Assembly: GCA_964514975.1 (NCBI GenBank)
Contig: CAZESS010000010.1
Span: 1-64,000, forward strand
Reading direction: 5' to 3'
Source: an uncultured Thermoplasmatales archaeon
Lineage (GTDB): Archaea > Thermoplasmatota > E2 > UBA202 > DSCA01
Length of the DNA stretch: 64,000 bases
Position numbers and translations under genes: made by a program. Of the stretch, positions 20,836 to 30,398 are shown piece after piece. How positions within the stretch are numbered: position 1 is the first letter of the stretch; each line of letters opens with the position of its first letter. A model generated the notes under the pieces. That model saw only the letters and a program-made list of their open reading frames with translations, did no database searches and was not told where the DNA came from.

Positions 20836-21276
20836 ATGCGAGCGATTTTGGTGGTGGCGATGCTGCTCTGTATCCTGCTGTTCCCGGCGACATGTGGACA
20901 CGTGGACGGGTCGGGCACCGGCGATGATGGCGCCGCCGTGTCCATCGTCCGTCCGAAAAATGGACTGTTTTTGTTCGACATCCGGGTTGTCCCGCTTGCG
21001 GGGCAAATTGTCATCGGGCCGGTATCCGTCGAGGCGGAGGCTTCGGATGATGTCGACCGTGTTGCTTTTTTGGTGCCGCCCGAGGTGGGCTGCCGTCCCT
21101 GGGAGGTTGGCAGCGACAGCGACCCGCCATATGGCTTCGTCTGGGAGGGCAGCAACGGGGCGATACAGGACACCGGGCTGGCGTCGCTCATCGCCTGGGG
21201 CTACACCGATGGCGACAGGGTGGCGGAGGACGCCCTGCTGCTGCTCCGCTATGCCGGGCAGGGAAGCAAAGCTTAA
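20836..21276 (+). CDS. Secreted hypothetical protein, Ig-like fold suspected
   Basis: Signal peptide, then 'V.IVRP.NG.FLF...D..PPY.F.W', a pattern typical of Ig-like surface domains. Confidence 0.6.
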   Translation: MRAILVVAMLLCILLFPATCGHVDGSGTGDDGAAVSIVRPKNGLFLFDIRVVPLAGQIVIGPVSVEAEASDDVDRVAFLVPPEVGCRPWEVGSDSDPPYGFVWEGSNGAIQDTGLASLIAWGYTDGDRVAEDALLLLRYAGQGSKA

Positions 21277-21301
21277 AAGAACGGCGGGGCATACGAACAA
21301 G

Positions 21302-22978
21302 ATGACCGATGACATCGCCGCCCTTGCACGGAAGCATGCATTGCTCAACGCCGCCGAGTTCGACGGACAGGCGCAGGCCAAGGCCGTCATCGGCAAGGTG
21401 ATGGCCGCGGTCGACGCTGACCCCCGGGAGGTCATCCCCGTCGTGCGTCGCGCGGTGACGGAGGTCAACGAGCTCTCCCTTGAGGAGCAGCGGACGGAGA
21501 TAGCGGAGCACGGCTACGAGCGACGGGAAACCATGCATGAGGAGGGACTGCCGGAGCTGCCTCACGCCATCCAGGGCGAGGTTGTAACGAGGTTTCCGCC
21601 GGAGCCCAACGGCTACCTGCACATCGGGCATGCCAAGGCCGCGGTCGTCGACCACGAGTATGCCCGGCGCTACAACGGCCGGTTTATCCTGCGTTTCGAC
21701 GACACCAATCCCGCCAACGAGAGCATGGAGTTCTATGAGGCACAGCGGGAGGGATTGCGATGGCTCGGCATCGAATGGGACCACGAATATCGGACGTCGG
21801 ACAACCTGCCACGGCATTACGAGCTGGCGGAGCAGCTCATCGAGCAGGGCGATGCATATCTCTGCACCTGTCCACCCGACAGGGTCAGGGAAAACCGCCG
21901 ACGGGGGCATGCATGCGCCTGCCGGGACAGCATGACCATGGACAAATGGCATGATTTTTTTGACATGGAGCCGGGCAGCGCGGTGCTCCGCCTCGCCGGG
22001 GACATCCGGTCGGATAACACGGCGATGCGCGACCCGACATTGCTCCGTATCATCGACGAGCCACATCCCGTCCATGGCGACACCTATCGGGTGTGGCCGA
22101 CCTATGATTTCACGGGCGCCATCGAGGACTCGTTATCCGGCGTGACGCATCCATTCCGGACGAAGGAATACGAGCTCCGTGACGAGGTCTATTTTTATCT
22201 GCTCGAGCGGCTGGGATTGCGGAAGCCACATCTGATGGAGTTCGCCCGGCTCTCCGTCCAGGGGATGCCCGTGTCCAAGCGAAAAATACGGCCGCTCATC
22301 GACGACGGCCACGTTGAAGGCTGGGATGACCCCCGGCTGCCCACATTGCTGGGACTGCGACGGCGCGGCATCCAGCCCGAGGCCATCAGAGATTTCGTTT
22401 TGTCGCAGGGTATCTCACGCGCCGAGTCGACGGTCACCTTCGACCAGGTGGAGGCGTTCAACCGGAAATTGCTCGACCCGACAGCGAGGCGATATTTTTA
22501 TGTGCCCGACCCGGTGCGGGTTGACGTCGCGGAGGCGCCGGAAACAGCGGTGGTGCTCCCGCATCATCCATCACGTGACCTGGGCGAGCGATGCATCATG
22601 ACGGGCGACGTGTTCTACATCCCCGGCGCCGACGCCCGAAATATCGCCAGCGGCGACCTGTTCCGGCTGAAGGACTGCTACAACGTCGAGGTCATCGACA
22701 CCGATGGCGGCATCCGGGGATGCTACACCGGCGACGAGCTGCTCCCAGAAACGGCGAAGCTGCAATGGGTGACCGACAATCATGTCGACATGGAGATATG
22801 GCGGCCAGGGGCGCTCGTCAACACGGACGGCTCGTTCAACCCGGACAGCATGACCGTGGACAGGGGATATGCAGAGCGAGCTGTCCAGCAGCTCAACCCT
22901 GGTGACATGGTCCAGTTTGAGCGCTACGGCTTCGTCCGCATCGACGCTCCGGGCCGGGCTATCCTGGCACACAAATAG
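21302..22978 (+). CDS. gltX: Glutamate--tRNA ligase (archaeal type)
   Basis: 'RFPPEPNGYLHIGH', 'RFDDTNP', 'VSKR', 'WDDPRLPT', 'QFERYGF'. Start ATG 21302. Confidence 0.97.
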   Translation: MTDDIAALARKHALLNAAEFDGQAQAKAVIGKVMAAVDADPREVIPVVRRAVTEVNELSLEEQRTEIAEHGYERRETMHEEGLPELPHAIQGEVVTRFPPEPNGYLHIGHAKAAVVDHEYARRYNGRFILRFDDTNPANESMEFYEAQREGLRWLGIEWDHEYRTSDNLPRHYELAEQLIEQGDAYLCTCPPDRVRENRRRGHACACRDSMTMDKWHDFFDMEPGSAVLRLAGDIRSDNTAMRDPTLLRIIDEPHPVHGDTYRVWPTYDFTGAIEDSLSGVTHPFRTKEYELRDEVYFYLLERLGLRKPHLMEFARLSVQGMPVSKRKIRPLIDDGHVEGWDDPRLPTLLGLRRRGIQPEAIRDFVLSQGISRAESTVTFDQVEAFNRKLLDPTARRYFYVPDPVRVDVAEAPETAVVLPHHPSRDLGERCIMTGDVFYIPGADARNIASGDLFRLKDCYNVEVIDTDGGIRGCYTGDELLPETAKLQWVTDNHVDMEIWRPGALVNTDGSFNPDSMTVDRGYAERAVQQLNPGDMVQFERYGFVRIDAPGRAILAHK

Positions 22979-22986
22979 ACACGTGG

Positions 22987-23199
22987 CTATGCGAGGCGGC
23001 GCTGCCAGTACCAGCGGACCGGGTAGGGTATCAATACCAGCCAGATGACGGTGATGCCCGCCAGCGTCACCAGCAGGGGAAGCCGGAGGAGCGCTATCGC
23101 TAGAAACATGAAGGAGACAGCGGGGAGTATCACGATGACGTGGAAAAGGAAGGCGAGGTCGGCCAGTATGCCGTTTTTGAGGATGCTGTCCTGTGCCAT
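22987..23199 (-). CDS. Small membrane protein (two TM helices)
   Basis: Two hydrophobic segments and a basic tail. TATA-like sequence upstream. Confidence 0.6.
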   Translation of the reverse strand: MAQDSILKNGILADLAFLFHVIVILPAVSFMFLAIALLRLPLLVTLAGITVIWLVLIPYPVRWYWQRRLA

Positions 23200-23247
23200 G
23201 GAGGTCACCGTATGCTATATATGCCGGGATAATAAAAAGGAATCGCT

Positions 23248-24480
23248 TTAGCCGCCAGGATTGTATTTCAGGATCCAGGACTTGTATGGCATGTCCCGGG
23301 AGTCCACGCCGACCGCCCCGGCGTTGATCTCCAGGATGCCGTCGTTGTCCATGTCGCCGACGCAGGTCACCGCGAGCATGCCAAACGTCTCGTCGATATG
23401 GTATTCCTCGTCATAGGTGCCGGTGTCGTTGTTCCACTGCAATATGTGGACATGGTTGGTGCCCACGCATACCTCGGGGATGCCGTCGTCGTCGACGTCG
23501 CCGACGTCGATGGCCTCGATGGTGGCGTCCTCATCCTGCCAGACATGGCGATATTTTTGCTCGTATGCGGTGCCGTTCCATTCGTAGATGGCGAGCTCGG
23601 GCGTGTAAAACGTGACATGTATCTCCGGCCGGCCGTCGCGGTCGCTGTCCTTGGACACGCAGCCGAAGGGGTAGCCCGTGTCCTCGCCATAGCGGGCGAC
23701 AACGGAGGGCTGCCATGCTGTCCCGTTCCATTGCAGTGCGATGGTTTCGTTGGTGTTGATGATGATCTCGTTGGCGCCGTCATCGTCGACGTCGGCGATC
23801 CATGGAAAATAGACGCTCTGGCTGCCCGGGGCGTTCCAGCTGCTCTCCGCTATGTAGGCGTCGCCGTTCCACTGGAGCACGAGCACCTCGGGTGTGCCGC
23901 TCCGGTAGCCGCCGGTGACGACGACCTCGTTCAGGCCGTCGTTGTCGACGTCGCCGACCATGCAGTCCAGCGTGGTCTCCCAGCCGCGGGCGTCGGTGAC
24001 AATATATTGCCCGGTTTTCTGGTACCGGCTGCCGTCCCATGCAAACGAGGAAAAATGGCGGCCCCAGGCCACGCCGATTTCGTTGTCGCCGTCGTTGTCC
24101 GCGTCGCCGATGAAAAAACCGGTGGCTGAGCCCAGGCCGAGCAATGTGTAGCCAATGCCGAAAACGGGGTCCATGATCCGTGCCTGCTCCACATAGGTTT
24201 CCGCCATCTCGTCATACTGCATGACCCGCATGAACGGGTCGCGGCCGCCGATGAGCAGCTCATTTTTCCCGTCGTTGTCCGCGTCGCCAACGGGCTGCGG
24301 GCCCTCATAGCGGGCGCTCCACAGCGCCAGCCGTCCATAGCTTTTTTCCCATTGAACGCCGAAATCCTGCTCCACCGGCGCTTCGTCACCGGAAAGCGAG
24401 GTGAACTGTTCATAGATGCCGAGGAGGGGTCCGTTGAACAGCAGGACGAGGCCGACCAAGAAGACAACCATCTGGCGCAT
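23248..24480 (-). CDS. Secreted FG-GAP/VCBS repeat (beta-propeller) protein
   Basis: Signal peptide and seven 'GDxDxDGxxE'-type repeats. Confidence 0.85.
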   Translation of the reverse strand: MRQMVVFLVGLVLLFNGPLLGIYEQFTSLSGDEAPVEQDFGVQWEKSYGRLALWSARYEGPQPVGDADNDGKNELLIGGRDPFMRVMQYDEMAETYVEQARIMDPVFGIGYTLLGLGSATGFFIGDADNDGDNEIGVAWGRHFSSFAWDGSRYQKTGQYIVTDARGWETTLDCMVGDVDNDGLNEVVVTGGYRSGTPEVLVLQWNGDAYIAESSWNAPGSQSVYFPWIADVDDDGANEIIINTNETIALQWNGTAWQPSVVARYGEDTGYPFGCVSKDSDRDGRPEIHVTFYTPELAIYEWNGTAYEQKYRHVWQDEDATIEAIDVGDVDDDGIPEVCVGTNHVHILQWNNDTGTYDEEYHIDETFGMLAVTCVGDMDNDGILEINAGAVGVDSRDMPYKSWILKYNPGG

Positions 24481-24553
24481 GAACAGACATCACAGAAGCA
24501 TTATAAAACGATGTCGGGGAAAAGCCCTATATGGCAGCATGGTTTCCCCTATC

Positions 24554-25138
24554 ATGGAGGTCGACCCGGCTATCGACATCATGGTACATGAGGGGGTATA
24601 CGCGCCGGCGGAGGACTCCTGGCTGTTGCTCGACGCCCTCGAGATAGATGAGTGCAGCATGCTGGACATGGGCACCGGCACGGGTGTCCTCGGGCTCCAT
24701 GCCGCCCGCCATGGCATGGATGTCGACGCGGTGGATGTCAGCCCTGCTGCGGTTGATAACGCACGGGCCAACGCATGCCACAACGACATCGATATCAGGG
24801 TGACCCGGGGCGACCTGTTCACCGGGGTTGACAAATGTTACGACGTCATCGCGTTCAATCCCCCCTATCTGCCCGCCCGTGACGGCGACAGCAGATGGGA
24901 CGGCGGCCCGGACGGCGTCACGATGGCGCGGCGGTTCCTCGACAGCGCCGACGGACACCTGGCAAAAAACGGCCGCATGTTTTTGCTGCTGTCATCGCTG
25001 GGCGACACATCCGGGCTGCTCCGGTCGTACCGGGAACGCTACCGCTTTGAACGAAAACGGCGGCTCGCCCTGTTTTTCGAACGATTAACCGTTTACGAGA
25101 TCACACGCCGTGATAGCGGTTGCGCTCCCACATGGTGA
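24554..25138 (+). CDS. HemK2/PrmC-like SAM methyltransferase (release factor glutamine methylase)
   Basis: 'VY.PAEDS.LL', 'DMGTGTG', 'NPPYLP', 'GG.DG'. Confidence 0.9.
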   Translation: MEVDPAIDIMVHEGVYAPAEDSWLLLDALEIDECSMLDMGTGTGVLGLHAARHGMDVDAVDVSPAAVDNARANACHNDIDIRVTRGDLFTGVDKCYDVIAFNPPYLPARDGDSRWDGGPDGVTMARRFLDSADGHLAKNGRMFLLLSSLGDTSGLLRSYRERYRFERKRRLALFFERLTVYEITRRDSGCAPTW

Positions 25139-26462
25139 CATGTTCCGCGTAGTCGTCGCATTCCCGCTGTTTGATGTCCAAAAATGCATGGTAGGCATGG
25201 CTGCCGAGCGCCTCGCTGACCCGGGTGTCGCTCTGCAACGCCTGGATCGCCTCATGGAGCGACCGGGGCAGCCGTCCGATGCCGTGCCGGCGGAGCTCCT
25301 CCTGGCTCATGGCGTAGATGTTGCTGTCGACGGGGTCTCCGGGCTCCCGTTTTTTCTGGATGCCGTCCATGCCGGCGTGGACGAGCACCGCGAGGGCGAG
25401 ATATGGATTGCATGAGGCATCGGGATGCCGTATCTCGATGTCCATGGCCTGCTGTTTGCCGGCATGGTTGGGGATGCGGACCAGCGAGCTGCGGTTGTAG
25501 CCGCCCCAGGCGACATGGATGGGTGCCTCATAGTGGGGGACCAGCCGCTTGTAGGAGTTCACCGTGGGATTGGTGATGGCCGTCAATGCAGGGGCATGGT
25601 CGAGCAGGCCGCCGATGAAATAGCGGGCTGTCTGCGTGAGATGATGCTCATCGTCGTCGTCATAAAACGCCGACCTGTTGTTTTTGAACAGCTCCATGTG
25701 GACGTGCATGCCGCTGCCCGCGTCGCCCTGCACCGGCTTGGGCATGAAGGTGACATGGAGGTTTTGCATGGCGCCGAGCGCCCGGGCGAGAAACATGGCA
25801 TAGGTGGCGGTGTCGCCGGCGGTGAGCGTGCCCCTGACGGGATGGATCTCGATTTCGTGCTGCCATGTCCCGCCCTCATGGTGATGGTATTTGACGGGGA
25901 TATCGGATGCCATCAACGCCTCGCAGAGATGGTTGCGGAAGGGTTCAAGCCGGTCGTTGGGCACCGCTGCAAAGTATCCCTCCATCTCCGCCGGGTCGAA
26001 CAGGCCGCGGCAGGGCGTTCCCGTTTCGGTGTCGTCGACGGGGAAGGCATGGAACTCGAACTCGGGTGACAGCTCGACCGTGTCGTAGCCATGCTGCCGG
26101 ACATGCTGTGTCGCCCGACGGGCGATGTGCCGGGGGTCACCCGGGAAGGGCTCATGTTGGTCGACGGATGCGACGTCCATGACGACGCGGGCGCGGTCGC
26201 CGCCGTAGAGCCAGGGCATGGGCTGCACCGTTTCCGGGTCGGGGATGGCGACCATGTCCGACTGTTCGACCTCGCTGAACCCGTGGACGGAGGAGCCGTC
26301 GAAGCCGACGCCATGTGTCCAGATGTCGTCCTGGAGGTACTGCTGGACGGGCATCGACATCGAGCGGAGCGTGCCGAGCAGGTCGACGAACTGTCCCTGC
26401 ACCCAGCGGATGTCGTGCTCCCTGAGCATCTGCTGCGCCTCTGTAACAGCGGAGGAATCCAT
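25101..26462 (-). CDS. glnA: Glutamine synthetase type I
   Basis: 'FDGSS', 'HHE', 'TFMPKP', 'GSGMHVH', 'NSYKRLVP..EAP', 'NRS..VRIP', 'E.R.PD..CNPY'. Start ATG 26462. Confidence 0.92.
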   Translation of the reverse strand: MDSSAVTEAQQMLREHDIRWVQGQFVDLLGTLRSMSMPVQQYLQDDIWTHGVGFDGSSVHGFSEVEQSDMVAIPDPETVQPMPWLYGGDRARVVMDVASVDQHEPFPGDPRHIARRATQHVRQHGYDTVELSPEFEFHAFPVDDTETGTPCRGLFDPAEMEGYFAAVPNDRLEPFRNHLCEALMASDIPVKYHHHEGGTWQHEIEIHPVRGTLTAGDTATYAMFLARALGAMQNLHVTFMPKPVQGDAGSGMHVHMELFKNNRSAFYDDDDEHHLTQTARYFIGGLLDHAPALTAITNPTVNSYKRLVPHYEAPIHVAWGGYNRSSLVRIPNHAGKQQAMDIEIRHPDASCNPYLALAVLVHAGMDGIQKKREPGDPVDSNIYAMSQEELRRHGIGRLPRSLHEAIQALQSDTRVSEALGSHAYHAFLDIKQRECDDYAEHVTMWERNRYHGV

Positions 26463-26519
26463 GGACGGGGTATTGCCACCGGGATATAAAGGTTTACTGT
26501 TTTTGCCGTCAGGCAATGT

Positions 26520-26744
26520 CGAGCATCCTTCATATGAGGATTACTTGCAGGCACCTGCCTTAAAAAATGAGATTGTGCGGCTGCGGGACAGGCTCCTGAG
26601 GGAGATAGAGGGGCTCAAAATCGCATGAGATGGTACGGTATACGGGAGCTGTCGGACATCATGCGTGATATACTGAACGGGAACATACGGCCTCATTTTG
26701 CAGAATGTATATCAGCCCCCTATGGAGAGAGCTTCAGAGACTGA
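26520..26744 (+). pseudogene. Remnant of a TumA/TumE-like (DUF6516) TA pair: antitoxin 3' end plus toxin 5' end
   Basis: 26520-26660 aligns by eye with 29101-29241 ('EHPSYEDYL...LREIEGL.IA*' then 'MRW.GIRELSDI'). Confidence 0.75.
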
Positions 26745-26788
26745 ACAGTTTTTTTGTAGGATGGTATTGGTTTTCCCTTCTCGCAAGG

Positions 26789-27175
26789 TTACAGGATAGC
26801 GTTGGCGTCGTGGACGGGAATATTCATATTCCGGGCAGCCGTTGATAATTCCTGGTCCTCGCTGACCAGCGGCTCTCCGTGAGAGCGAGCAGCGTGCAGG
26901 AACGAGGCATCATAGTAGGTGATGCCGGTCTCAGCTGCTATCCTGTACACGTTTTCGCGCATGCCGGGGCGCAGTACCTCCATGAGTGAAAGACATTTCT
27001 CAACAATGCTCACCAGTTTTTTTCCCTCGCTGAACGATATGTTCTCCCTCCTGGAATGTTTCCATATTACGTTTCCCAGTTCATATGCAGCCAGGTCAAG
27101 CGTTTTTTCATGTACAAGGACATCGATTCTACCGCTCTCGATGACCCGGTATATGGAGCTGGTATCGAGGATCAT
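26789..27175 (-). CDS. vapC: VapC-family PIN toxin
   Basis: 'ILDTSS', 'YELGNVIWK', 'ITYYDASF', 'LVSED'. Confidence 0.9.
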   Translation of the reverse strand: MILDTSSIYRVIESGRIDVLVHEKTLDLAAYELGNVIWKHSRRENISFSEGKKLVSIVEKCLSLMEVLRPGMRENVYRIAAETGITYYDASFLHAARSHGEPLVSEDQELSTAARNMNIPVHDANAIL

Positions 27176-27396
27176 CGCTCCCTGTCCTCCCGTACCAGCC
27201 GGGTTAGGTCTTTGCCACGTATTTTTTTGAGGATTGGCGTTATGTTCTCTATATCCTGTCTGATTTTTTGTGCTTCTCTTTTTTTGATTTCATGCTGCAG
27301 CGCATCCCGTATCACTTTGGACACCTGGATATGGTGTTCTTTTATTTTTTCTTTCATCTCGTCTGGTATCTTCGCGGAGACCGTCTGCGACGCCAT
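27172..27396 (-). CDS. vapB: VapB-type antitoxin (RHH/CcdA-like)
   Basis: 'TVSAKIP.E.K....I.VS.VIR.AL', 'LVREDRER'. ATGA overlap with vapC. Confidence 0.85.
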   Translation of the reverse strand: MASQTVSAKIPDEMKEKIKEHHIQVSKVIRDALQHEIKKREAQKIRQDIENITPILKKIRGKDLTRLVREDRER

Positions 27397-27529
27397 GGCC
27401 GTAATACCAAAAGGGTTACTTAAAGTTTACTTTACGTATTACAGCGTGGTATCTCCCGCGTATATTTAACATTCCCGCGTGATAAAGAGGCGGTGACAGC
27501 GGGACGTCGGCAGGGAGACATACGTACGG

Positions 27530-27830
27530 CAGCAGCGAGAGGGCGTCAAAACATCGGAACTGTTTTTGGTTGAAGGTAAACAAAGCCACGTTTCCGTTGG
27601 TCGCCATGGCGGCAATCATGGCATCGATTCTGGAACCGTGTTCCCCATCTTTTCACCGACGACCTCGAGCTGTGCGGACATCCAGGCGTCATCGTGCCCG
27701 TAGGGGAGGACATCCATCTGGTGGATCTCAGCCGGGACCTTTTTTTGCATATGTCCGCAATCCGTAGCGCATCTCGTGGAGCGTAAGCGAGGCGATGACA
27801 ACATCCGCATCAGCCTAGATGATTTCTATT
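27530..27830 (-). pseudogene. Frameshifted, 5'-truncated VapC paralog of 29526-29903
   Basis: Fragments 'MDVLPY..DDA..SAQLE' and 'MIAAMA.N.N..L.TFN.K.FRC.D.L' lie in different frames and match the intact copy. Confidence 0.8.
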
Positions 27831-28050
27831 AAAAGGCTTACAGGACCATTTATCACACGCTTCACCGGCTGGTTTTGCAGGAGGTTTCTCCAGCGGTACA
27901 CGGTGGAGGAAAAAGCGGACAACCACCATCCTATGGTTCTCTATTTTGCCACAAAAAAAGGAAAGAAAAAGTAAACTATTTGATGGGAAAGCGGTCCGGT
28001 AGCGAGTGGGAACCTCTCCCTATCCACAGCGACGGGCCAGCGTGACTACT

Positions 28051-28299
28051 TTACTGTTTGTCCTTGTGGTAAAAATCCAGGAATATTATCTTATCTTTCT
28101 CTTTGAGATAGGCGTAGGACAATCGGAAGGGCGATACATATACCTCCCTGGTTCCTTTTCGAGCATATCGCATCGGTTTCCCCACCTTGGGGCTGTTCAC
28201 GATTTTGCTGATTTGCTTCTTTATCCGTTCCTTCAATCGTTTATCCTTTATCTTCTTGACCGCTTTTTCAAATTGGTCGTCGTAGGCAACAGTTACCAT
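28051..28299 (-). CDS. relE: RelE/ParE-family toxin
   Basis: 'F.K.VKKI.D', 'P.VGKPMRY', 'RE.YV.PFRL.Y', 'FYHKDKQ'. Confidence 0.88.
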   Translation of the reverse strand: MVTVAYDDQFEKAVKKIKDKRLKERIKKQISKIVNSPKVGKPMRYARKGTREVYVSPFRLSYAYLKEKDKIIFLDFYHKDKQ

Positions 28300-28562
28300 T
28301 CTTCAAGGATTTCCATGAACTGCTTGCCCTCGACTTCCTTGAACTCTCCTGCCTCATATCGCTCGAAAGCTTCCTCGGTGCGACGGGCAAACTCCAGGTC
28401 CTCCTCGAAGTTTTTATCCAGGTTTTTGGCCTGTTTCAGTATCAGTCGGTCGCCATCTCGGATGACGATGAATTTGTCTCCCCTGTGAAATCCTTTCCGG
28501 GTTTCGATGGGGATGACAATCTGCCCCCGAGAACTCATCTTGGTAACGGCTATATCCTTCAT
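28293..28562 (-). CDS. AbrB/MazE/SpoVT-type antitoxin
   Basis: 'TKMSSRGQIVIP...R', C-terminus 'EEDLEFARRTEEA'. Confidence 0.88.
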   Translation of the reverse strand: MKDIAVTKMSSRGQIVIPIETRKGFHRGDKFIVIRDGDRLILKQAKNLDKNFEEDLEFARRTEEAFERYEAGEFKEVEGKQFMEILEEW

Positions 28563-28565
28563 CAA

Positions 28566-28581
28566 GTAAGATATATCTTAC
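28566..28581. promoter_or_regulatory. Perfect 16-bp palindrome GTAAGATATATCTTAC, putative TA autoregulatory operator
   Basis: Immediately upstream of the AbrB-type antitoxin start. Confidence 0.65.
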
Positions 28582-28608
28582 CAATTATTTAAGGTTTTTG
28601 ACTGATAT

Positions 28609-28828
28609 GTAGATGTGCCGCAAAAAGTCAAGAAACAACTGGGGTTCAAACCCGATGATAGGCTTCTGGCGGTCAGGATAAACAAGTCTATTTTGCTCGC
28701 CAGGATGGAATCGCTCAACATACAACAAGAGTTCGGGGGGGCTGGCCTCAGAGACCACCGCCCGGTTTCGTGAGAAAGACGTGGCCAAAGAAGACGTCGA
28801 CGAGGCCGTCAGATGGCCGAGAGCATAG
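28609..28828 (+). pseudogene. AbrB-type antitoxin pseudogene (5'-truncated, frameshift in G7 tract)
   Basis: Reads 'VDVPQKVKKQLGFKPDDRLLAV...QQEFGG', then +1 shift at G7 (28735-28741) to 'LASETTARFREKDVAKEDVDEAVRW'. Confidence 0.7.
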
Positions 28829-28939
28829 TCGTGCTGGTAGAGCATAGAGCGCCGGAATAATGGATCTCATTTCTTTTTCCGTCCATCATCCTACACGCGG
28901 TTATCACAGTTTATATATCCTGTGTTAATTAAATACGCA

Positions 28940-29209
28940 ATGGTGCACAGTAAAGACGCCCTTAAAATGAGGGAGGCAGAAGCAATAATCACGCTCACTG
29001 AATTGGCTAACAAGATGGAAAGATTACGAGACATAATGGACAGATATGACGTTGCACGCATAGAAGAAATTGAAACCTATATTGAAGGAGAAAGGATTCC
29101 CGAGCATCCCTCCTACGAGGATTATCTATCCGCGCTTACCCTGAAAAATGAGATTGATAACCTGCGGAGCAAACTCCTGAGAGAGATAGAGGGACTCGAA
29201 ATCGCATGA
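28940..29209 (+). CDS. Putative antitoxin (TumA-like) upstream of a DUF6516 toxin
   Basis: 'KMERLR.I..RY...EE.E...I.EHPSYEDYL'. ATGA overlap with the next gene. Start uncertain. Confidence 0.65.
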   Translation: MVHSKDALKMREAEAIITLTELANKMERLRDIMDRYDVARIEEIETYIEGERIPEHPSYEDYLSALTLKNEIDNLRSKLLREIEGLEIA

Positions 29210-29474
29210 GATGGCACGGTATACGGGAGTTATCCGATATCCCTGCAGGACAAAAAAAAAATACAGCTTTCAATGGCAGCGGAAAGACGAGATGTACAGA
29301 GTGGATACTGCCCCTCATCACCGTGATCTTGCATCATTTCCACGGCACATCCACTATGGAAAAGAGGAGAATGTTATCGAGGATACGCTAACCGATGGCG
29401 AAGCTACACCGGCAGAAAACATCGAAAGCGTCATGACCTGGATTCGAAACATAATGGAAAACCCTGGCGATTAA
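29206..29474 (+). pseudogene. DUF6516/TumE-like toxin with internal deletion and frameshift
   Basis: N-terminus 'MRWHGIRELSDI' in one frame; 'IRYP...KYSFQWQ...R.DTAPHH.DL.SFP.H.H' in another. Confidence 0.7.
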
Positions 29475-29525
29475 CGTCTTTGTACGGCATGGAAGTCGCT
29501 GAGGCGGCGGGCGCGGGGCGGATGC

Positions 29526-29903
29526 TTATTCCAGCAGCATGAGGTTGTCAATGCACCGGAAATGTCGCGTGTTGAAGGTATACAGGATTGCGTTTCTGTT
29601 CACTGCGATGGCGGCGATCATGGCATCGATCCTGGATGTCATGTTTCCCGCCTGTTCACATGCCAGTTCAAGCTGCGCGGACAGCCTGGCATCCTCGCTC
29701 CGAAATGGGAGGACGTCCATCTGTTGCAGCTCGTCGGGCACCGTTTTTGCATATTTATGCAATCCATAGCGTATCTCGTGGAGCGTGAGCGCGGTGATGG
29801 CGACAGCGTCGTCGGCGTGGATGATTTTTTGTAACGCCTGCTCTCCTTTCTCTGATTTTTTGTCCAGTATCTCTATCAGGACGCTGGTATCGAGAATGAT
29901 CAT
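29526..29903 (-). CDS. vapC: VapC-family PIN toxin
   Basis: 'IILDTSVLI', 'T.HE', 'DAMIAA', 'TFNTRHF'. Confidence 0.92.
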   Translation of the reverse strand: MIILDTSVLIEILDKKSEKGEQALQKIIHADDAVAITALTLHEIRYGLHKYAKTVPDELQQMDVLPFRSEDARLSAQLELACEQAGNMTSRIDAMIAAIAVNRNAILYTFNTRHFRCIDNLMLLE

Positions 29904-30118
29904 GCGTGGTACCGTTTTTCTTTCCGCTTTTCACGTATCTCCCGGGTCATGGCGTCCTTGTCTTCGAAGGTAACGGAGCCCCGCATTTTTTTGAGGAGGG
30001 CGACATTGCGACAGCTGCTCAGCTTGTTCAGCAGGTCGCTGAAGCTCTCGCTGTCTTCCTTCAGCGCGACGAGCTTGTTGTACACGTCCTCCTTGATGGT
30101 TAGCGTCTTAAACGGCAT
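29900..30118 (-). CDS. vapB: Antitoxin VapB (DUF217-like)
   Basis: 'KTLTIKEDVYNKL..LK...ESFSDL'. Confidence 0.88.
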   Translation of the reverse strand: MPFKTLTIKEDVYNKLVALKEDSESFSDLLNKLSSCRNVALLKKMRGSVTFEDKDAMTREIREKRKEKRYHA

Positions 30119-30127
30119 CACCCATAT

Positions 30128-30141
30128 TATGTTTAAACATA
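30128..30141. promoter_or_regulatory. Palindrome TATGTTTAAACATA, putative vapB operator
   Basis: Perfect 14-bp palindrome about 10 bp upstream of the vapB start. Confidence 0.55.
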
Positions 30142-30257
30142 TATTTAAATGTTATGTGTCCTTGGGTAAATGTCTCCTCGGTATCATCCGCGGCCAGCAG
30201 CATGGCTAAGATATGAAAAAGCCACATTCGATATGAAGGAGATGATAGCCCTGCCAC

Positions 30258-30398
30258 TCAGGGCTGGCTATTGTTATAGGTGGTGTCCACTGCCTCTTTA
30301 AAGCCATGGAAATCACTGGGGCGGTGACTGATGATGCTGATACATCGTGCCATGTCCTCCAGTTTGAGGGGCACCCTGTTTTCGTCTCGCTCATCCAT
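30258..30398 (-). pseudogene. Truncated HepT/DUF86-like toxin (N-terminus only)
   Basis: 'MDERDENRVPLKLEDMARCI...RPSDF..F' directly after an MNT gene; no RxxxxH motif remains. Confidence 0.5.

Noticed and set aside
20546-21301. Apparent 250-aa N-terminal extension of GluRS
   Set aside because: Overlaps idsA and the secreted ORF in other frames. Archaeal GluRS similarity starts at ATG 21302.
25101-25138. 38-bp convergent overlap of hemK and glnA
   Set aside because: Short 3' overlaps are ordinary in compact archaeal genomes.
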